Notes under the pieces: model-generated | What the model was told of the DNA's origin: nothing | The model's input: only the letters and a program-made list of their open reading frames with translations | The model's database searches: none | Position numbers and translations under genes: made by a program | Shown here: positions 59,899 through 64,000 of the stretch, one piece after another | Layout of the letters: each line of letters begins with the position of its first letter | Numbering within the stretch: the stretch's first letter is position 1 | NCBI GenBank assembly: GCA_963693365.1 | Contig: CAVNZM010000012.1 | Span: 8,498,001-8,562,000, forward strand | Direction: 5' to 3' | DNA length: 64,000 nucleotides | DNA from: Amoebidium appalachense | Taxonomy: Eukaryota > Protista > Ichthyosporea

Positions 59899-59989
59899 TT
59901 TCTTTTGACTGGATTTATTCGACGGATAGATATGCAAGTATGCACGGCATACTGAGAAGACAAATATAAACTTCTCGAGTTATCCAGTA
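59899..59989 (-). mobile_element. Short 3' fragment of LINE family B
   Basis: It matches 60879-60970 and is flanked by the direct repeat gcatgtaaaaaaaa(a)ttt (from 59884 and from 59990). Confidence 0.75.
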
Positions 59990-60003
59990 GCATGTAAAAA
60001 AAA

Positions 60004-60600
60004 TTTTTTTATAATGACTTTATTGATATGGTCAGCAAAATAGAAGCCATCGAGATATCACCGATATCTCGGAGAAGAAAAATACAAAAGCCCTCACTCT
60101 CGGATACGGAGGAGATAACGACTTAAATAATCATACACCCTAGAAAACTTTTTTTCTTTTGACTCAGGTTTATTGATCCGTTGATAAAGGCAACGTGCAG
60201 CCACAGGCTACAATGTCATAACCACCAATAGAACTGAAAAAGCCAAAGCTACGAAATAAAAATAAGCGACAACTGACAAAGGGAAGAAACCACTAATCTC
60301 AAGCGAGAAACTCCGCGAAAGGGAGATGCCCCCACACTCTCACAGCAGTAGGAATACACCGGTACCAGGCCACACCACACAACACACACGCTGCAGTCAC
60401 GTTCCCCTGAGTGGGACTCCCTCCCACCACAAAAAGAAGAAACGAATTCAAAGCCTTTATAATTATACCTGCCATGGTGAAGAATCGGGAAAAAAAGTTG
60501 ACACGAACGTGACAGCTAAGAGATCGAAGTGAAAGTGAAAACTCGTTAAACATACCGTGGTTCAACAGATAGTCAATAGGCGTAATATCAGGATAGAAGA
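60004..60600 (-). mobile_element. 3' fragment of LINE family A, interrupted by a family C element
   Basis: It is the reverse complement of about 44575-44772, split at 60149/60537. Confidence 0.85.
60150..60536 (-). mobile_element. Internally deleted family C retroelement
   Basis: A 7-bp TSD gaaaact flanks it (60143-60149 and 60537-60543). It corresponds to 37572-37708 joined to 38264-38502. Confidence 0.8.
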
Positions 60601-60878
60601 CTCGTTAATTAAACATACCGTGGTTCAACAGATACGGTCACAACGAGCAACAAACATGTTGATAATTGTTTTTATATATATAGCTAGTGCTCTATACAAA
60701 GCAAAACACTATTCATAATGTCGTTGTGATACCTTCTCTATTGATTAGTGAATTTACTTAGTCATGCAGGAACAAGAGAGGGCGAATAAGGAAACGGTTT
60801 GTATTGAGCACTAGAGGATATAAAAAATGAATTTTGAGCCCACATGTTGGGGGGGTCCATCACGACCCTTGCCCAGCA

Positions 60879-61203
60879 TTTTTTTTCTTTTGACTGGATT
60901 TATTCGACGGAAAGATATGCAAGTATGCACGGCATACTGAGAAGACAATAAAAACTTCACGAGTTATCCAGTAACAAGTGCATACTGAGATACCTGAACA
61001 CTGTGTGAAAATCATATAAATACTCAATGTGACGACCAACAGAATTCAACAAAAAGTCTAAAGTGTTCACATTGCCAGCTAGTGTAGCAGATACCCGGAG
61101 GGAAAGAGGTAAAACGCGACATAAAAATTCACACCTATCAACATGCTTGCTATTAAAAAGGTCAGCATTTTTGCACGGAAAATACACAATATCGGCAATC
61201 ACC
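60879..61203 (-). mobile_element. 3' fragment of LINE family B (ORF2 C-terminal remnant)
   Basis: It encodes FNSKHVDRCEFLCRVLPL...TLDFLLN, which parallels family A FSRKHLDRCIYLSQIIPL...IDYLLN. It ends in AATAAA and an A-rich tail. Confidence 0.75.
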
Positions 61204-61477
61204 TAAGTTTACAAGATGTCTCCCATTGGTCATCTGGCTCACGGATCTAGGTTTTGCTTTTCTTATCAGTGATCACTCGGCGCACAAATTGGATTATGAT
61301 CACGTACGCACTTAACGCAAGGGCCCCCCGGCCCGCCGCACCTGTATATCCCCCTTAACACGTCTGGACGAATGCACCGAAAGTTTTCCTACTCACAGCC
61401 CGATTGTTACAGGTGACACACCGGCCTGGTGTGCGTGACTGTACGTGTGTGTGGACACACGCACGCACGCGCACGTG

Positions 61478-61512
<35 letters not shown>

Positions 61513-61674
61513 CACGGTGTGTGTGTACATGGTGTGTGTCTTTGTACGTGTACATGTGTGCGTACTGTGCATGTGTGCTTGTGTGTGTGTATACGGTGTG
61601 AGACGTGTACGTGCGTGCGTGCGGTGTGTGTGACGTGCGCGCGCGTTGTGCGTGTGTGCCGGTGTGTATGTGTG

Positions 61675-61751
<77 letters not shown>

Positions 61752-62863
61752 GCGTGTGCCTGAACGTATGTGCGCATGTGGGTGCACTTAGATATTAAGT
61801 CTGAACAAATACCGTGAAAGATGGGTGGATGACTGCCATTGGGTTTGGGAATCTGCCAGGAGTGTACGAGCATTGTGTACATGTGTGGGTTCGGGCTTAC
61901 CAGGTAAGTCTTTTGCAGAGAGGAGGGGGGGGGGGGGGGGGGGGGGGTTGTGTTGTGTAGAGAAGCACACCCAAAACGTGCAAGTCTTTTGTCAAATAGT
62001 TAAATATTTTTTAAATAAATAGTGGACGTGCTGATGCTCCTGGGCCCCAGTGTTTTCTGCTTCAATGGCAAGCAGCTCGTCATATGGCTGTGTGCCGCGC
62101 TGAGGGATACTGGCAAGCACACGGCAGTCTTAACCCTCCCTTCCCACTCGCTCCACACGTGCACACACACACACCACCATAGAGGTTGACAACATGTATC
62201 GGATTCCCGAGTTATTATCTTGGTGTTGTACAATAAACTTTGAGCCAATCAAATCTGGCGTTTAGTTTGGGTATTACAGCCACCCCGCCCAGCGTTGTGC
62301 CTGTAGTGCAACCTTTAATCTCTAGCAGAAGAACTAGATTATAAAAAGATCACGTTAACTGATGTAGGAGATATAGCCTAGATTATTCCCCAAAAAAGCA
62401 AAAAAAAACAAACAAACACAGGCAATACAAAAATTGCATACATTATTCCCCCAAAATTCCAGGCAATTACTATCACTGAATTGCCCCCTAAACACCCCTT
62501 ATAAATCTCGTGAGGAATCTCGTGCTATCTTGCTGTGGAAAACAACATGGAAACCAATCAATTGAAAGCTTAGGACGAAAAATAAGAGAAAACTATCTTT
62601 TGCATGAAGAAGCTGGGGGGAGTAAAAAGAAACCCCCTAGAAAAGGATGCCTCGTATAAGGTTTAGACACCATCTATTTCTCCTAATCATGTTTTGTTAT
62701 GAAGTACTAGGGAGCTCGCACACACCAACTCCCACTTCCATAAAACACAACTCCAAGCCTTAACACCGTCACCCCGCCGTGCCTTACACCTCCACACTCC
62801 GTCTCACGCGAACACGTGCACACACACTCACACCCACCCAATCACGTGGTCTTGTGTATTTCC

Positions 62864-63045
62864 TCAAAAGGCAGGTGCGTTGGAGCCGAATTCCTCCCTC
62901 AGAATGGAGCGGAAGAGTTCCCTCAACTCCTCCACGGTGTATTTTTTGTCGCTGGCAACCGCACTGGTGACGATCTGCTCGGGGAGAGAGATGGTGCTGG
63001 GCTGGGGGGTCTTGGGAAGAACAGCCTCACCTGGTGGGAAGAAAA

Positions 63046-63076
<31 letters not shown>

Positions 63077-63344
63077 GAAACTAGAATGTGCTATAGATGG
63101 TGGGATGGGGGGTTTTAGAACGTGCTCAATTAAGATGTTGGGAAGGAGGTTTTTGGAATGTGCAAGAGAGCTGGGAAGGGCGATTGTAGAATGTGTTTGA
63201 GTGTTAAAGTATGCGCACTCATGACCGACAACACAATGAGGAGTGCACATAGAGGGGGGAGGGGGGGGGGGGGGAGGGGGGGGAGGAGGTTGGTAAAAAG
63301 ATAATGGCGGGGTGTAAGGTGTGGGGCGTAGTGGTGTCGGGAGA

Positions 63345-63377
<33 letters not shown>

Positions 63378-63972
63378 TGCAATGTGTTGCACTCAAGGTG
63401 TGGTGTGGTGATGTGTGGGGGTGAGGTGAGGGCTAGGTGGGTAGGTGGTGTATATGTGTGTGTGGGAAAAAGGGGGAGGGAGACATACCATCCTGGGGTT
63501 TGCTCTTGAGGCCGTCATCAGGGTTTGCAGGCATGGGGGTATGGTACTCCTTGGACACGGCAAGGGCACGTGCATACGTGTAGTAGCGGCCCAGCTGCTT
63601 CCAATCGATTAGCTCCGATAAGCGCTCCGTGCGATTGCGAAGTTGGATGCGTTCGCGGCGGCTCATCTTGCAGAAGTTGAACATCACCTTGGTCAGCTGT
63701 TGGACAGATTCCTCAGGAGATTTGAATCTGCGATCGATCACGTACGTACCGCACGCGTCGTAATCTTTCACGTGTTTTTCGATGAAGCCACCAAACCCTG
63801 CAAGATTAGACGTGATGGAGGGCACGCCCATGACGGTGCACTCGGCAGGGGTGTAACCCCAGGGTTCGTAATACGACGGGAAAACACCGAGGTGGTTTCC
63901 GCGCACGAACGTGTCGTAGTCGAGGGGCAGAAGTGGGGAGGTGGAGGAGAGGAACTGGGGATGGAAGATCAC
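62864..63972 (-). CDS. GYS: Glycogen synthase (GT3 family), last two exons; 5' part outside the window
   Basis: Exons 63972-63489 and 63030-62864 join across a phase-1 intron. Hallmark motifs are [31 protein letters not shown] and [17 protein letters not shown]. Confidence 0.96.
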
Positions 63973-64000
63973 CTGTACGTGGGAGAGGGGGGGGGGGGGG

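Larger units (their letters stand above)
59707..61342. mobile_element. Long-IR (foldback/MULE-like) element containing nested retro-insertions
   Basis: Imperfect IRs of about 130 bp lie at 59707-59840 and 61208-61342. They share a perfect 24-bp core, agatccgtgagccagatgaccaat (59800-59823 and 61225-61248). No TSD was recognised. Confidence 0.65.

Overview
Eukaryotic, intron-rich DNA saturated with microsatellites ((CA)n/(TG)n, (GA)n/(CT)n, poly-C/G), which generate most ORFs in the supplied track. By hand-splicing GT-AG introns with consistent phases I reconstructed these genes: the 3' part of an LRR protein, an 8-exon mitochondrial carrier (SLC25), a C1orf74/DUF4504-like gene, a single-C2H2 zinc-finger factor, a Tribbles-like pseudokinase with a COP1-degron-like tail, an 8-exon uncharacterised gene, a small zinc-ribbon ORF and the 3' end of glycogen synthase. 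This mix of animal-like and fungal-like genes suggests a unicellular opisthokont, possibly an ichthyosporean-type holozoan (inference only). Mobile DNA includes an intact piggyBac-family transposase with a Tudor-like N-terminus, bracketed by copies of a ~180-bp foldback element; a Tourist/PIF-like MITE; a hAT-like MITE; 3' fragments of two LINE families; a tRNA-derived SINE sharing its tail with one LINE; and a nest of retro-insertions inside a long-IR element. The most promising leads are the Tribbles-like gene, the transposase locus, the (CA)n-abutting 3' splice sites and the SINE-LINE pairing. No database searches were run, so family calls rest on recalled motifs.
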